A stretch of 64,000 bases of DNA from a virus: IMG/VR virus record IMGVR_UViG_3300045988_183163; one strand, given 5' to 3'. The notes under the pieces were generated by a model. It had not been told where the DNA came from and ran no database searches. It saw only the letters and a program-made list of their open reading frames with translations. Positions within the stretch are counted from its first letter, which is position 1; every line of letters begins with the position of its first letter. Positions 20,516 through 28,658 of the stretch are shown piece by piece. The position numbers were made by a program, and so were the translations under genes.

Positions 20516-20553
20516 TGACGCAAGCCCACGACTTTAGTCGTGGGTTATTGACT
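20516..20553. repeat. solo IS200/IS605-type subterminal hairpin (LE-like remnant)
   Basis: TGACGCAAGCCCACGACTTTAGTCGTGGGTTATTGAC is nearly identical to the IscB-element LE at 13085..13120. No transposase or nuclease gene is attached. Confidence 0.5.
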
Positions 20554-20566
20554 TGTTTTTGGAGCG

Positions 20567-20809
20567 TCACCATTTATGGAACGGGTTCAAAAGTCCGGGA
20601 CGGTATTCGTTATCGACATACATCTTGATGTCGTTATCGTCCAGGGCATCCAAAATGTTCATCCAGCATTCCGCTTCGACGTGCATCTCGCCGTCCATTT
20701 TCAAGGCCCTGTCGCACTGAACTAAGTCTGCGCGAAAAGAATTCACATAGAAGCAATCTTTTGCGGCAGCTGCGAACCTGGTAAAGCTGTTCTTGGTATT
20801 TGTGGTCAT
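20567..20809 (-). CDS. hypothetical protein; paralog of 4918..5187
   Basis: Start at MTTNTKNSF (RBS GAAAGGATG...); C-terminus ...EAECWMNILDALDDNDIKMYVDNEYRPGLLNPF. Confidence 0.45.
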   Translation of the reverse strand: MTTNTKNSFTRFAAAAKDCFYVNSFRADLVQCDRALKMDGEMHVEAECWMNILDALDDNDIKMYVDNEYRPGLLNPFHKW

Positions 20810-20963
20810 AGTATTCATCCTTTCTGAAATATTTTTGTTTCTAATCAGTACATACAAAAAAAGAAGCAGGCCCTCAAAAGAGAGTCTGCTTACTTGTGCA
20901 TGACAGATTGTTAATTTAATGTTCAATTAGGAGGTAAGTGATGGTATCTGTTATGCAATTATT

Positions 20964-20991
20964 ATTTTAGGCGGTTCGCACATTTGTGCAA
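20964..20991 (-). promoter_or_regulatory. conserved promoter family copy (TTGCAC-N16-TAAAAT)
   Basis: Minus strand reads TTGCACaaatGTGCGAACcgccTAAAAT. Confidence 0.45.
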
Positions 20992-21000
20992 GTGGCTTTT

Positions 21001-21540
21001 TCAGCTTCGTTTGTTTTTGGTGGAAGTACTGTTCCAACCCTTAGACTTGTGCTTTTCAGAGCTGTCGCCTTTGAACATTTCGGATGCTTTACTGCCATCG
21101 TCTTCCGCATGAGCAATATATTCAGCCGCAAGAATTTCATACTGTGCGCGAGAAATCCCGGTTTGCTCTGTAAAATTTATGAATTCATGTTCAAACGCCA
21201 AACTGAGTGTTATTAAGACGCGATTGGCAAGTTCTTGCCGGAATTCATCAACGGTGCCATCAAATTTTATTGTGCTGTCGTCCTCATCATCATTTGTGAA
21301 ATCATCAGCCGCAGCATTGACGGCGTCGCCAAAGAAAGTGGTCATCTCGTATGCCATATCCACAGGGCTGATATTCGGGATACCATTCTCATCTTTTTCG
21401 TTCAGTTTAACCTGAAGCAGTCCCTGTATGATGCTATAGCGCATTAGCAGTACTGACATTGTGCTGGTAGGTTCGAAGTTTTCGATTTCTTTTTCGAGCA
21501 TCTTTTGCTTGTTTGCGACAATTTTGTAGTTTGCTTTCAT
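21001..21540 (-). CDS. hypothetical acidic protein
   Basis: 179-aa ORF. Confidence 0.5.
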   Translation of the reverse strand: MKANYKIVANKQKMLEKEIENFEPTSTMSVLLMRYSIIQGLLQVKLNEKDENGIPNISPVDMAYEMTTFFGDAVNAAADDFTNDDEDDSTIKFDGTVDEFRQELANRVLITLSLAFEHEFINFTEQTGISRAQYEILAAEYIAHAEDDGSKASEMFKGDSSEKHKSKGWNSTSTKNKRS

Positions 21541-21551
21541 GTGAAACTCCT

Positions 21552-22628
21552 TTAAGCGCCTAAAACCCGTCTAACGGTAGCAACCGGAACCTCACGTTTT
21601 CCTTCCGGCAGCACAAAAGTCGGCTCAATCCAGCGAACTTCCAGGCGAGTTCGGCCTTCTCCGACCCAATAATGATGCCAATGAGCGCGGCGGACGTGAG
21701 GTCTGACCGTACGGCCCGTGCCGGTTGCTGTGGACTTCTGATATTCCGTGCCAGAAGCCAGCTGCTTTTCAAAGCTCTTTCCGATGACAAAGCCTACATT
21801 ATAGGTCTTGACGTTGACTTTTTTAGGAGTTGCACCAGGTTTAGAAACAAGAATAGGCCGCTTCTCTTTCGGGATTTTTACCTCTTTGATTTCAGCATTC
21901 TTGGATGCAAGGTAATAAGCTGCAGAAACCGCAACACGAAGATACGGCTCAACGCCGGCGTTGAATTCCCGCTGCTTTTCCAGCTCTTCTTCACTGAGAA
22001 CGGCACCGGGTACATTTGAAATCGTGGCGTCATTGACAGTGGCGGAATCAGTTCCGTTCTGAAATGCCTGCTCGCGAGCATCATTGTTGCGCCGATAGGA
22101 CTCAATCAGCTTCTTGCCGTTGAGACACCACTGCATGCACTGGCAAAGTTCGATATTGTCAAAGTTGAGATTTGCCTTAAAAGGAACAATTAGGAAGAGT
22201 GTATCCACATCGTTCTGGCCGTGGGAAGCATCAAACTCGATGTGTACGAACATCGCATCGTGATGAGAGCCAGCGGGCAGATTCATGACAAAATCCCTAT
22301 ATGGCAGCCGCATCATGATATCGGAATAAATCGGTGCGTCCTCAGTCTCTGCCAATGTTCTGAGAAATTCCGGCGCAAAATTGTATACGGTTTTCGCTGA
22401 CCGCCAATAGTTTGCAACATACGCCATTGAGAACTGCGCGGCAAGTTCCCCATCCATCGCATCGGCGGCAATCTGACCGTTTTGGATAAGGCGGTGCCCA
22501 AGTGGAATAAATTCTTTCACATAATAGTCATAGCCCTTATCCAGCAGCTTGTTGGCCCCAGAATTCAAAAGAAACTGACTGCTCTGCTCGGCATACCAAA
22601 GAGCGCTGTTCACAATGATATTGTCCAC
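21552..22628 (-). CDS. hypothetical protein, paralog family A (RLPxRDF...MFVH[IV]EFD...KTY.VG...HYW.G.GR)
   Basis: 358 aa; shares several motifs with 42104..42991. Confidence 0.55.
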   Translation of the reverse strand: MDNIIVNSALWYAEQSSQFLLNSGANKLLDKGYDYYVKEFIPLGHRLIQNGQIAADAMDGELAAQFSMAYVANYWRSAKTVYNFAPEFLRTLAETEDAPIYSDIMMRLPYRDFVMNLPAGSHHDAMFVHIEFDASHGQNDVDTLFLIVPFKANLNFDNIELCQCMQWCLNGKKLIESYRRNNDAREQAFQNGTDSATVNDATISNVPGAVLSEEELEKQREFNAGVEPYLRVAVSAAYYLASKNAEIKEVKIPKEKRPILVSKPGATPKKVNVKTYNVGFVIGKSFEKQLASGTEYQKSTATGTGRTVRPHVRRAHWHHYWVGEGRTRLEVRWIEPTFVLPEGKREVPVATVRRVLGA

Positions 22629-22637
22629 AATGATACC

Positions 22638-22865
22638 TCACTGCCAATACAGTTTTATTGTTCCGTTAACAAAAAGAATCTGGCTGTACTCCTCGCCGTC
22701 AAGGACAATGCAGCGGTCCGCTCCTCGCTTGTGAGCTCCGGTACAATACACGGTTTTATTATCGATAGCCGGAATGGACGGTGCTTTTGCCAAAACCAAC
22801 TGACCGCGCATGGCGCAGATGTCTAAGAAAGAAATGATGTGGTCGCCCACCCTGGAAGCCTCCAA
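22638..22865 (-). CDS. hypothetical protein
   Basis: 75-aa ORF. Confidence 0.35.
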   Translation of the reverse strand: MEASRVGDHIISFLDICAMRGQLVLAKAPSIPAIDNKTVYCTGAHKRGADRCIVLDGEEYSQILFVNGTIKLYWQ

Positions 22866-22870
22866 TCTAA

Positions 22871-23542
22871 TTACAGTGCTCTAATTGGGAAAGAACCTTC
22901 AGCACGCGGCAGCGGCTCGTTTGTCACTTTCAGAACGGAGCTATCTCGTTTCTCTGTCGCATATCGAATGGTTTTAAGAATCTCGTATGCCAGTTTGCTG
23001 TTGTAGGCAAGTTCTGAATTTGAAATACCAAAGTTCCCATTCCAACCAAGCCTTATCTTTTTGAGCTGTGGAATCAGAAGGTCACGGGCTTCGAGGACCC
23101 CCACCCCATTCCAGCGTGCATCATGATACGCCTGGAAGTGCTGCTCATCGTTACCAGAAATATCGAGGGCTTCATAAATGACGCCAAATTGCCCCATCAA
23201 AATACGTGAGTATGTATCCAACGCATCAGCAACTACTTTCCAGGAAGAGACATCTAAGCTAACACTGTATTTATATGGAGCGTCCTTTCCCGGCAGTTCT
23301 CGTGCATGATGCAGTATATCTTCCAGAATGTCGCTGCACTTGTTAGATAAACTTTTGACAGGTGCCGTTACGTTCACAGCTGTCAGAGCAGCGCAAGCAC
23401 TTGCAATGTCTGCTTCGCTTGTTCCATAAGCCTCTCCAACCTCTTTGCAGATAGAGGAAAAATCGTTGCTATAAAACGTTATCATAACAGCAAGAGCGTG
23501 CAGAATGAAGAAGTACTGCTTGCTCGTGAAATCAATGTACAT
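22871..23542 (-). CDS. hypothetical protein
   Basis: 223 aa; promoter copy 23575..23603 lies upstream. Confidence 0.5.
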   Translation of the reverse strand: MYIDFTSKQYFFILHALAVMITFYSNDFSSICKEVGEAYGTSEADIASACAALTAVNVTAPVKSLSNKCSDILEDILHHARELPGKDAPYKYSVSLDVSSWKVVADALDTYSRILMGQFGVIYEALDISGNDEQHFQAYHDARWNGVGVLEARDLLIPQLKKIRLGWNGNFGISNSELAYNSKLAYEILKTIRYATEKRDSSVLKVTNEPLPRAEGSFPIRAL

Positions 23543-23574
23543 ACGGCAAAAATCCTTTCACTTTTTACCCTTTC

Positions 23575-23603
23575 ATTATACCGCGATTCGCAATTTCTCA
23601 CAA
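23575..23603 (-). promoter_or_regulatory. conserved promoter family copy (TTGTGA-N17-TATAAT)
   Basis: Minus strand reads TTGTGAgaaatTGCGAATCGCGgTATAAT. Confidence 0.5.
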
Positions 23604-23831
23604 CGGAAAGCGTTAAATGGTAACAGTTTATACACATTCTTTTGCAATTGACATTCTCCCCCGCCTAAGCCCAACGGCTATAGACGGGGTACTCTGCCTT
23701 CAAATTTCATAGATGAATTAGTGGCAAATGAAGGGACTTTTGCTTCCTGGACAATTTTGTTGCTTTGCTGTATGATTAAAGTACAACAATTAGGGCAATA
23801 CAAAAATCGATAACGGCGAGGTACTAACAAG

Positions 23832-24203
23832 ATGGACGCGACAATGCAGACGGTTCTCCGGCTCCATGAGCAAGGTATACCTAGAAGAACCATTGCCAAA
23901 CGTGCAGGCATCTCATTGCAGAAAGTGCGCAAAATACTGATTACGGCCGGGGCCTGGTCAGATGAAACATCAGAAAAAATCGGGAAGCTGCGTGCGAACG
24001 GTATGTCAGTTCCTGAAATTGCAGAAGAATTGGGTGTAAAAACCAATACTGTTTGGAGCTATTTGCCATACAGCAAAGGCATGTATAATCAAGAATATCC
24101 GACCATTAACGCCATTCGAGTCCGAAATTCGAAGCGAAAAGCAAAAGAAAAAGCCCTCACCTGCACGGATACCGCACAGAATGAGGGCAGTGGCGCTTGC
24201 TGA
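23832..24203 (+). CDS. helix-turn-helix DNA-binding protein (two HTH-like segments)
   Basis: IAKRAGISLQKVRKIL and MSVPEIAEELGVKTNTVWSYL. It is the only plus-strand gene in the first 50 kb. Confidence 0.45.
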   Translation: MDATMQTVLRLHEQGIPRRTIAKRAGISLQKVRKILITAGAWSDETSEKIGKLRANGMSVPEIAEELGVKTNTVWSYLPYSKGMYNQEYPTINAIRVRNSKRKAKEKALTCTDTAQNEGSGAC

Positions 24204-24278
24204 AGGATTCGAACCTTCGGACAGTCTCCCATCGTCGGTTTTCTGGACCGATTTCATCAACCACTCGAACAAGCAAGC
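24191..24278 (-). tRNA. type-II tRNA, Ser-like, with non-canonical anticodon loop CCAGAAA (C33; anticodon reads AGA)
   Basis: Acceptor GCUUGCU/AGCAAGC, G73, CCA encoded, T arm GAAGG-UUCGAAU-CCUUC, long variable arm, anticodon stem UCGGU/ACCGA. Confidence 0.5.
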
Positions 24279-24282
24279 AGAT

Positions 24283-24371
24283 GGCGCAGAGGGTGAGATT
24301 CGAACTCACATGCCGCGATTTCCGCGACGGCAGCTTAGCAAGCTGCTGCCCTACCGTTAGGCGACCTCTGC
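24283..24371 (-). tRNA. tRNA-Ser(GCU)
   Basis: Acceptor GCAGAGG, D stem 3 bp, anticodon arm GCAGC-UUGCUAA-GCUGC, long variable arm, T arm GUGAG-UUCGAAU-CUCAC, G73, CCA. Confidence 0.75.
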
Positions 24372-24403
24372 ATAATGCACCTTTTAACGTAGGTGCGACG
24401 TAG

Positions 24404-24478
24404 TGACCCCTGGCAGACTCGAACTGCCGACTTCAGCTTGAGAGGCTGGCGACTTGGACCAACTTGTCGAAGGGGCCT
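24404..24478 (-). tRNA. tRNA-Glu(CUC)
   Basis: Overall E. coli tRNA-Glu-like architecture; anticodon loop CUCUCAA; T arm GGCAG-UUCGAGU-CUGCC; A73; no CCA encoded. Confidence 0.65.
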
Positions 24479-24481
24479 TAT

Positions 24482-24565
24482 GGTGTGCCGGGCTGGATTC
24501 GAACCAGCGAACCGAAACGGAGCGGTTTTACAGACCGCCTGCTTTAACCTCTTGCATACCGACAC
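24482..24565 (-). tRNA. tRNA-Tyr(GUA)
   Basis: Type II; anticodon arm GCGGU-CUGUAAA-ACCGC; long variable arm; T arm GCUGG-UUCGAAU-CCAGC; A73; CCA. Confidence 0.75.
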
Positions 24566-24568
24566 ATA

Positions 24569-24644
24569 TGGTGCTCCCGGCCGGAATCGAACCAGCGACA
24601 CGCGGTTCTTCAGACCGCTGCTCTACCAACTGAGCTACAGAAGC
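24569..24644 (-). tRNA. tRNA-Phe(GAA)
   Basis: D arm GCUC-AGUUGGUAG-AGC; anticodon arm GCGGU-CUGAAGA-ACCGC; T loop UUCGAUU; A73; CCA. Confidence 0.8.
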
Positions 24645-24645
24645 A

Positions 24646-24725
24646 TGGTGACCCGTGTGGGTTTCGAACCCACAATAACCTCCGCCGTGAAAGGGCGGCA
24701 ACTCTACCAATTCGTCCAACGGGCC
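24646..24725 (-). tRNA. tRNA-Glu(UUC)
   Basis: Anticodon arm CCGCC-CUUUCAC-GGCGG, the same as E. coli tRNA-Glu; T arm GUGGG-UUCGAAA-CCCAC; G73; CCA. Confidence 0.65.
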
Positions 24726-24754
24726 ATATATAGCCGCAATCCTGCGGCGAGGGT

Positions 24755-24976
24755 TTATGCGATGACAAGGATGTCATCTATCTTGGTATCCAGCATCGCT
24801 GCCAATATCACAAGGTTGTCGATGGTGGGGAGCGCTGTTCCAGCTTGCCATTTGGCAACTGCCTGCGTGGATACGCCGAGTGTATCTGCCACATCTTTCA
24901 CCTTGATACCTGCTGCCTTTCGCAGTGTCTTAATGTTGGCACCAGTTTTCTGAATATCAATAGTAGGAACGTTCAT
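24755..24976 (-). CDS. XRE-family helix-turn-helix transcriptional regulator (Cro/CI-type)
   Basis: 73 aa; IKTLRKAAGIKVKDVADTLGVSTQAVAKWQAG matches the HTH_3 pattern. Confidence 0.7.
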   Translation of the reverse strand: MNVPTIDIQKTGANIKTLRKAAGIKVKDVADTLGVSTQAVAKWQAGTALPTIDNLVILAAMLDTKIDDILVIA

Positions 24977-25344
24977 TTTTTCTTGCTGCCTTTCTGTATT
25001 GCAGGCAACAAAAAAGCTGCCTGCCGAAATCTCGACAAGCAGCTATGACATGCAGTTATCGCTTAGAAGACGCACCGCATCTGTACATGGTCTGTTTTTG
25101 CCTGTCGAGGAGTATGAGAAATAAAACTGCGTTCATAAGAGCTGAACTCAGATTCATAACTATACTCATACGACATTACATTAACAGTGTTGCACAGCAT
25201 TTTGGGGTATCTCCTTTCGTTTCGTTCTGATATTATTATAGCATGTTTTTGCACATTTGCAATCAACTTGTGGTTTAGTTTTTTGGTCTGTATACTCTCC
25301 AAAACAAAAAGCCGCCTCTTATGTGAGGACGGCTTTTCTTATTG

Positions 25345-25420
25345 TGGCAGGGGTAACACGACTCGAACATGCAACACGCGGTTTTGGAGACCGCTGCTCT
25401 ACCACTTGAGCTACACCCCT
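25345..25420 (-). tRNA. tRNA-Trp(CCA)
   Basis: Anticodon arm GCGGU-CUCCAAA-ACCGC; D arm GCUC-AAGUGGUAG-AGC; G73; CCA. Confidence 0.75.
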
Positions 25421-25427
25421 ATATAGA

Positions 25428-25492
25428 TACTCCAGTTGGGAGTCGAACCCAGAGTAAAACGGGACTTAAAGCCGCCGCGTTTGCCAGTTTCG
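25428..25492 (-). tRNA. aberrant tRNA-like sequence (acceptor, D and T arms fold; no regular anticodon arm; loop region contains UUUAAGU)
   Basis: Acceptor GCUCCAG/CUGGAGU (G1-U72), D arm GCG-AAACUGGCAAA-CGC, T arm CUGGG-UUCGACU-CCCAA, A73. The anticodon region GGCGGCUUUAAGUCCCGUU cannot form a 5-bp stem. Confidence 0.35.
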
Positions 25493-25505
25493 CCACTGGA
25501 GCATA

Positions 25506-25581
25506 TGGCGGGTTGTACAGGGTTTGAACCTGCGGCCCACGGATTAACGGTCCGTTGCTCTACCAGCTGAGCTAACAACCC
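25506..25581 (-). tRNA. tRNA-Asn(GUU) with C33 (loop CCGUUAA)
   Basis: Anticodon arm ACGGA-CCGUUAA-UCCGU (E. coli Asn has CUGUUAA); T arm GCAGG-UUCAAAC-CCUGU; G73; CCA. Confidence 0.65.
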
Positions 25582-25610
25582 ATAAATGGCAGTTGTTGTA
25601 CTGCCGGACA

Positions 25611-25688
25611 TGGTACTCCCCGAGGGATTCGAACCCTCAAAACGGTGCGGTTTGAGCGCACTGTGTCTGCCAATTTCACCAGAGGAGC
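25611..25688 (-). tRNA. type-I tRNA with anticodon CAA (Leu-like decoding, A73, short variable loop)
   Basis: Anticodon arm GUGCG-CUCAAAC-CGCAC; T arm GAGGG-UUCGAAU-CCCUC; acceptor GCUCCUC/GGGGAGU; CCA. Confidence 0.5.
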
Positions 25689-25691
25689 TTA

Positions 25692-25767
25692 TGGCGGGCG
25701 TAGCAGGATTTGAACCTGCGACAAACGGATTAACGGTCCGCCGCTCTGCCTACTGAGCTATACACCC
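25692..25767 (-). tRNA. tRNA-Asn(GUU) with C33, second copy
   Basis: Anticodon arm GCGGA-CCGUUAA-UCCGU; T arm GCAGG-UUCAAAU-CCUGC; G73; CCA. Confidence 0.65.
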
Positions 25768-25798
25768 ACAAAAGTGGCAGATAATGCTCTGCCGGGCA

Positions 25799-25874
25799 TG
25801 GTGCGCTCGCGGGAAATCGAATCCCGAACACCCCGATTAAAAGTCGGGTACTCTACCGATTGAGTTACGAGCAC
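25799..25874 (-). tRNA. tRNA-Lys(UUU)
   Basis: Anticodon arm CCCGA-CUUUUAA-UCGGG; T arm CGGGA-UUCGAUU-UCCCG; A73; CCA. Confidence 0.75.
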
Positions 25875-26138
25875 TTGTCGCGCATCTTCCGTGCCATGCT
25901 TATGGGAACACAGCTTTGAGGAATCTCACTTCCGATGCGCATGAAAGTGAGCGTTGGCCGAGAATGGTCGAGTCGAACAACCGTTGTCAGGGTGAATCCT
26001 CCCACGACTAAAGTCGCGGGCTTCCCCTCTTTTAAGGAGAGGAACTTGCTAACGAAATGGTACAGCAATCCCTCAGCAAGTAAGTCCCGAAGAACAAACT
26101 CACCGCAAGAAAGCTAATTGTCACAGTTAGCCTACATC

Positions 26139-27080
26139 TTACGCTGCCTGTGTACTGAGTTTTTTGAGCTCAGGATACAGAACTTTAAGCGTGGCAAGTG
26201 TAACTTGGATTCTACGCTCAACATCCGGAACATTAGCCGAAAACTGAGACCTTACCATCGCTGGCAAGGGTTTTAGCAACTCTCTGACAAAGTAGCGAGC
26301 GCCAATATTGTAGCTCGCACTTAGGTCGCAGTTGTATTGTTTGCCGCTTGCAAACGTTGCAAGGGCACGATTGGTTTCATCACGCTCAAGAGCACCACTG
26401 CCATCAAAGGCGAGTTTGCTTGTGCCCCAAGCGCAGATACGCGAAATCCGGATACCACAGCGGTGTGCCTTCTGTGTCACATAATCCTGTATGGAATTAC
26501 GTTTCCACATTGTCAGCTTTTGTGCTTTACTGCCGCCGTGCTTTTTGCCTGTAAATGACAAATGTTCAAAAACAATCACATCTACAGAATAAAGCACAGC
26601 AAATTCAGTAATCGCAGCAGCAACCTTTTTCGCTATATCGTTATTCAAGGCTTTGGCGTAACGCCACATAGCTGCGGCGCTGTTGGAACCGTGCTCCCTT
26701 TGCTTACGCTTGATACGGTTAAGCACATGATACAGATGGTCTTTTTCACTCGGAAAATTGATAAATTTTCTTGCAAGGACAGTTCCATCGGCAGTCATGA
26801 TGCTGCACACGGCGTCAGTATTGAGACCAAGGTCTACAGCGCAGATACGCCTGTCTTGAATTTCAGTTTCAGAGAGTTCTACCTTCTCCACGAAAGCGAA
26901 GCGGAGAAAATATTTTCCGTACTTCTTTTCGAGGGAGGGAGCGCTCTTTTCGCAATGTGACCAGTATTTCGTGATGTATTTGACATCGGTGGCACGCATT
27001 GCAATAGGAATCCAAACCCAGTCATTGTTTTTATACAGCTTCAGATAGCACTGGTTTGGTTTGTTGCTTTCCTCATACAT
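26139..27080 (-). pseudogene. tnpB: TnpB-like (RuvC-I ICAVDLGLN, RuvC-II VIVFEHL, RuvC-III NCDLSASYNIGARY), lacking about 100 N-terminal residues and the CxxC...CxxC zinc finger
   Basis: 313-aa ORF. A 400-nt gap to tnpA has no ORF of 60 aa or more, while the frame stays open upstream of the first ATG. The zinc-finger cysteines are replaced (CAWGTSKLAFDGS). Confidence 0.5.
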
Positions 27081-27488
27081 AACGGTCTTATAAAAAGCCG
27101 GGAAGCAAAATCTATCGCATTGAAGTTTTGGCTCCCTGTCAACCTTGCCGTTTGCTTCCCAGTTCTTATGGCTACTGTAGTAGCTGCTTACAGAGCCGAG
27201 TGCTGCTTGAATAGCCGCTCTGCGCAGGTAACTAGGGAACTTATAAAACTTGGCATCGAAATCATATTTAGCAGTGCTGTATTTTGTAGTATGAATTAAC
27301 TTCTCGGCAAAACTCTTTCGAGATTTGGCACCCTCTACTTTTTGAATAGAATCCCATTCTTTGTTAAATCAACCAATCAAGAAAGAAACGGCTTCGCGAT
27401 AAATCTTTATAGTATTGTCGAACATTTTCTGCTTTTTGATTTCCACAGCATAGCTGGAAGTGATTTTCACTGCGAAGCCCCCCTTTCA

Positions 27489-27869
27489 TCAGTTTCTTAT
27501 TTTTTGAGATGCAATGTATTCTTGTACTTGTTTGCGCGTGTTATCACTGACGGTTGCAATAAAGTAGCTTGGGTTCCAAAGATGCCCGCCCCAAAGTTGC
27601 TTCTTCAAGTCCGGATTGGCGATAAAAATAGCTCTTGCACTGTTGCCTTTAAGCACTTTTATCATATCCGGGATAAAATGCTGCGGTGAACACTCCACCA
27701 ACAGGTGAATATGGTCAGGCATGCATTCCATTTCTACAATATTGATTTTTATGGTTTCGGCGGTCTGCTGCAGAGACTCTTTTAGCGATTGTTCCGTTTC
27801 GTTTGTCAAAGCCTGATGCCTTACCGTCTGGCGAATCCTCGAATATACATTATGTATAATAGCATACAC
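27489..27869 (-). CDS. tnpA: IS200/IS605 family Y1 (HuH) transposase TnpA
   Basis: 126 aa; HuH motif MPDHIHLLVE; C-terminal region LKGNSARAIF...GHLWNPSYFIATV with the catalytic Tyr region. Confidence 0.7.
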   Translation of the reverse strand: MYAIIHNVYSRIRQTVRHQALTNETEQSLKESLQQTAETIKINIVEMECMPDHIHLLVECSPQHFIPDMIKVLKGNSARAIFIANPDLKKQLWGGHLWNPSYFIATVSDNTRKQVQEYIASQKIRN

Positions 27870-28486
27870 TTTAATAAGCCTGGCTGGAATTCACTCCAGC
27901 GGCATTAGAGTGACCTGATTCTGATTTTCTGCATCAAAAAAGCACCCATCAGGCGTTGTGCGTCTGACAGGTGCTCATATCGTGCAGAGTATGGAAAACA
28001 ACCGATACTTGGATGATTTTATTCAACCATCACTGCACTATGATTTGCACAAACAGACAACACAAAACAGCTGAAGAGATTCCAATTGCTCCACAGCTTT
28101 TGCAATTTATTCTGTTTGTTCATCATAGCAGCAAACATCGTGCAGTTTTCCTTTCATCAAATTCAGCGTCTTAATTATACAATATGTAAAAGCCAAAGTC
28201 AAGGCTTTTCGTAAAAATAATGGCAGGCCCGTGCTCATTGTTCGACCGGTCTCCAAGCAGCAATCCGCGCTATTGCATTCGAGAACGGTATGTCCTCACA
28301 CGAACACAACTCGCTTAAAGCCTTAGCCATCCTGGACTCATAGTCAGCCAAAGCCAGGTCGATGGGCACCGTGATTGCAGCAGAGTCATCTGGCGTTTCC
28401 AGAACGGGAGTCCTGGTATTTTCACCTGGCATTCCCTCTTGACACCACTCACAAAAACAAAAAGCCGGGAAACCCCGGCAAAAATT

Positions 28487-28575
28487 TGGCGGTCAGAGTG
28501 GGATTCGAACCCACGGACGTTTTTGGCGTCGCTGGTTTTCAAGACCAGTTCCTTAAACCACTCGGACATCTGACC
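28487..28575 (-). tRNA. tRNA-Ser(UGA)
   Basis: Type II; anticodon arm CUGGU-CUUGAAA-ACCAG; T arm GUGGG-UUCGAAU-CCCAC; G73; CCA. Confidence 0.8.
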
Positions 28576-28658
28576 ACAAAAGGATGGGGCGGGACCGAAA
28601 TCCCGCCCCATAGCAAGGAGAAAAAACTATCGATTACCGTTAGTTAGAGGATGGCAAA

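Larger units (their letters stand above)
25995..27990 (-). mobile_element. IS200/IS605-family element (tnpA plus N-terminally disrupted tnpB)
   Basis: RE hairpin CCCACGACTAAAGTCGCGGG at 26001..26020, tnpB-like ORF 26139..27080, tnpA 27489..27869. The LE is not sharply defined; a candidate hairpin GCTGGAATTCACTCCAGC lies at 27903..27920. Confidence 0.55.

Noticed and set aside
23640-23660. CAATTGACATTCTCCCC repeated at 23640 and 33001 as a promoter
   Set aside because: It contains TTGACA, but no acceptable -10 box at 16-18 nt in either copy. It is kept in mind as a possible operator at two strand-switch points but not called.
24335-24719. ORFs 24335..24601, 24528..24719, 25411..25611, 28315..28611, 31499..31819 and the long version of 30261..30803, containing peptides such as AQLVEQ or GSIPAGS
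   Set aside because: These peptide strings are the usual translation of tRNA T-arm and acceptor regions. The ORFs run through tRNA genes and are artefacts.
24191-25874. Possibility that the tRNA island is a CRISPR-like array
   Set aside because: Units are 73-89 nt cloverleaf-folding sequences with different acceptor stems, not short identical direct repeats with unique spacers. No CRISPR repeat structure occurs anywhere in the window.
27971-28432. Small ORFs 27971..28174 (+) and 28235..28432 (-) next to the IS end
   Set aside because: No RBS and no conservation signal. They lie in the presumed LE/flank region of the IS200/605 element and next to a tRNA.
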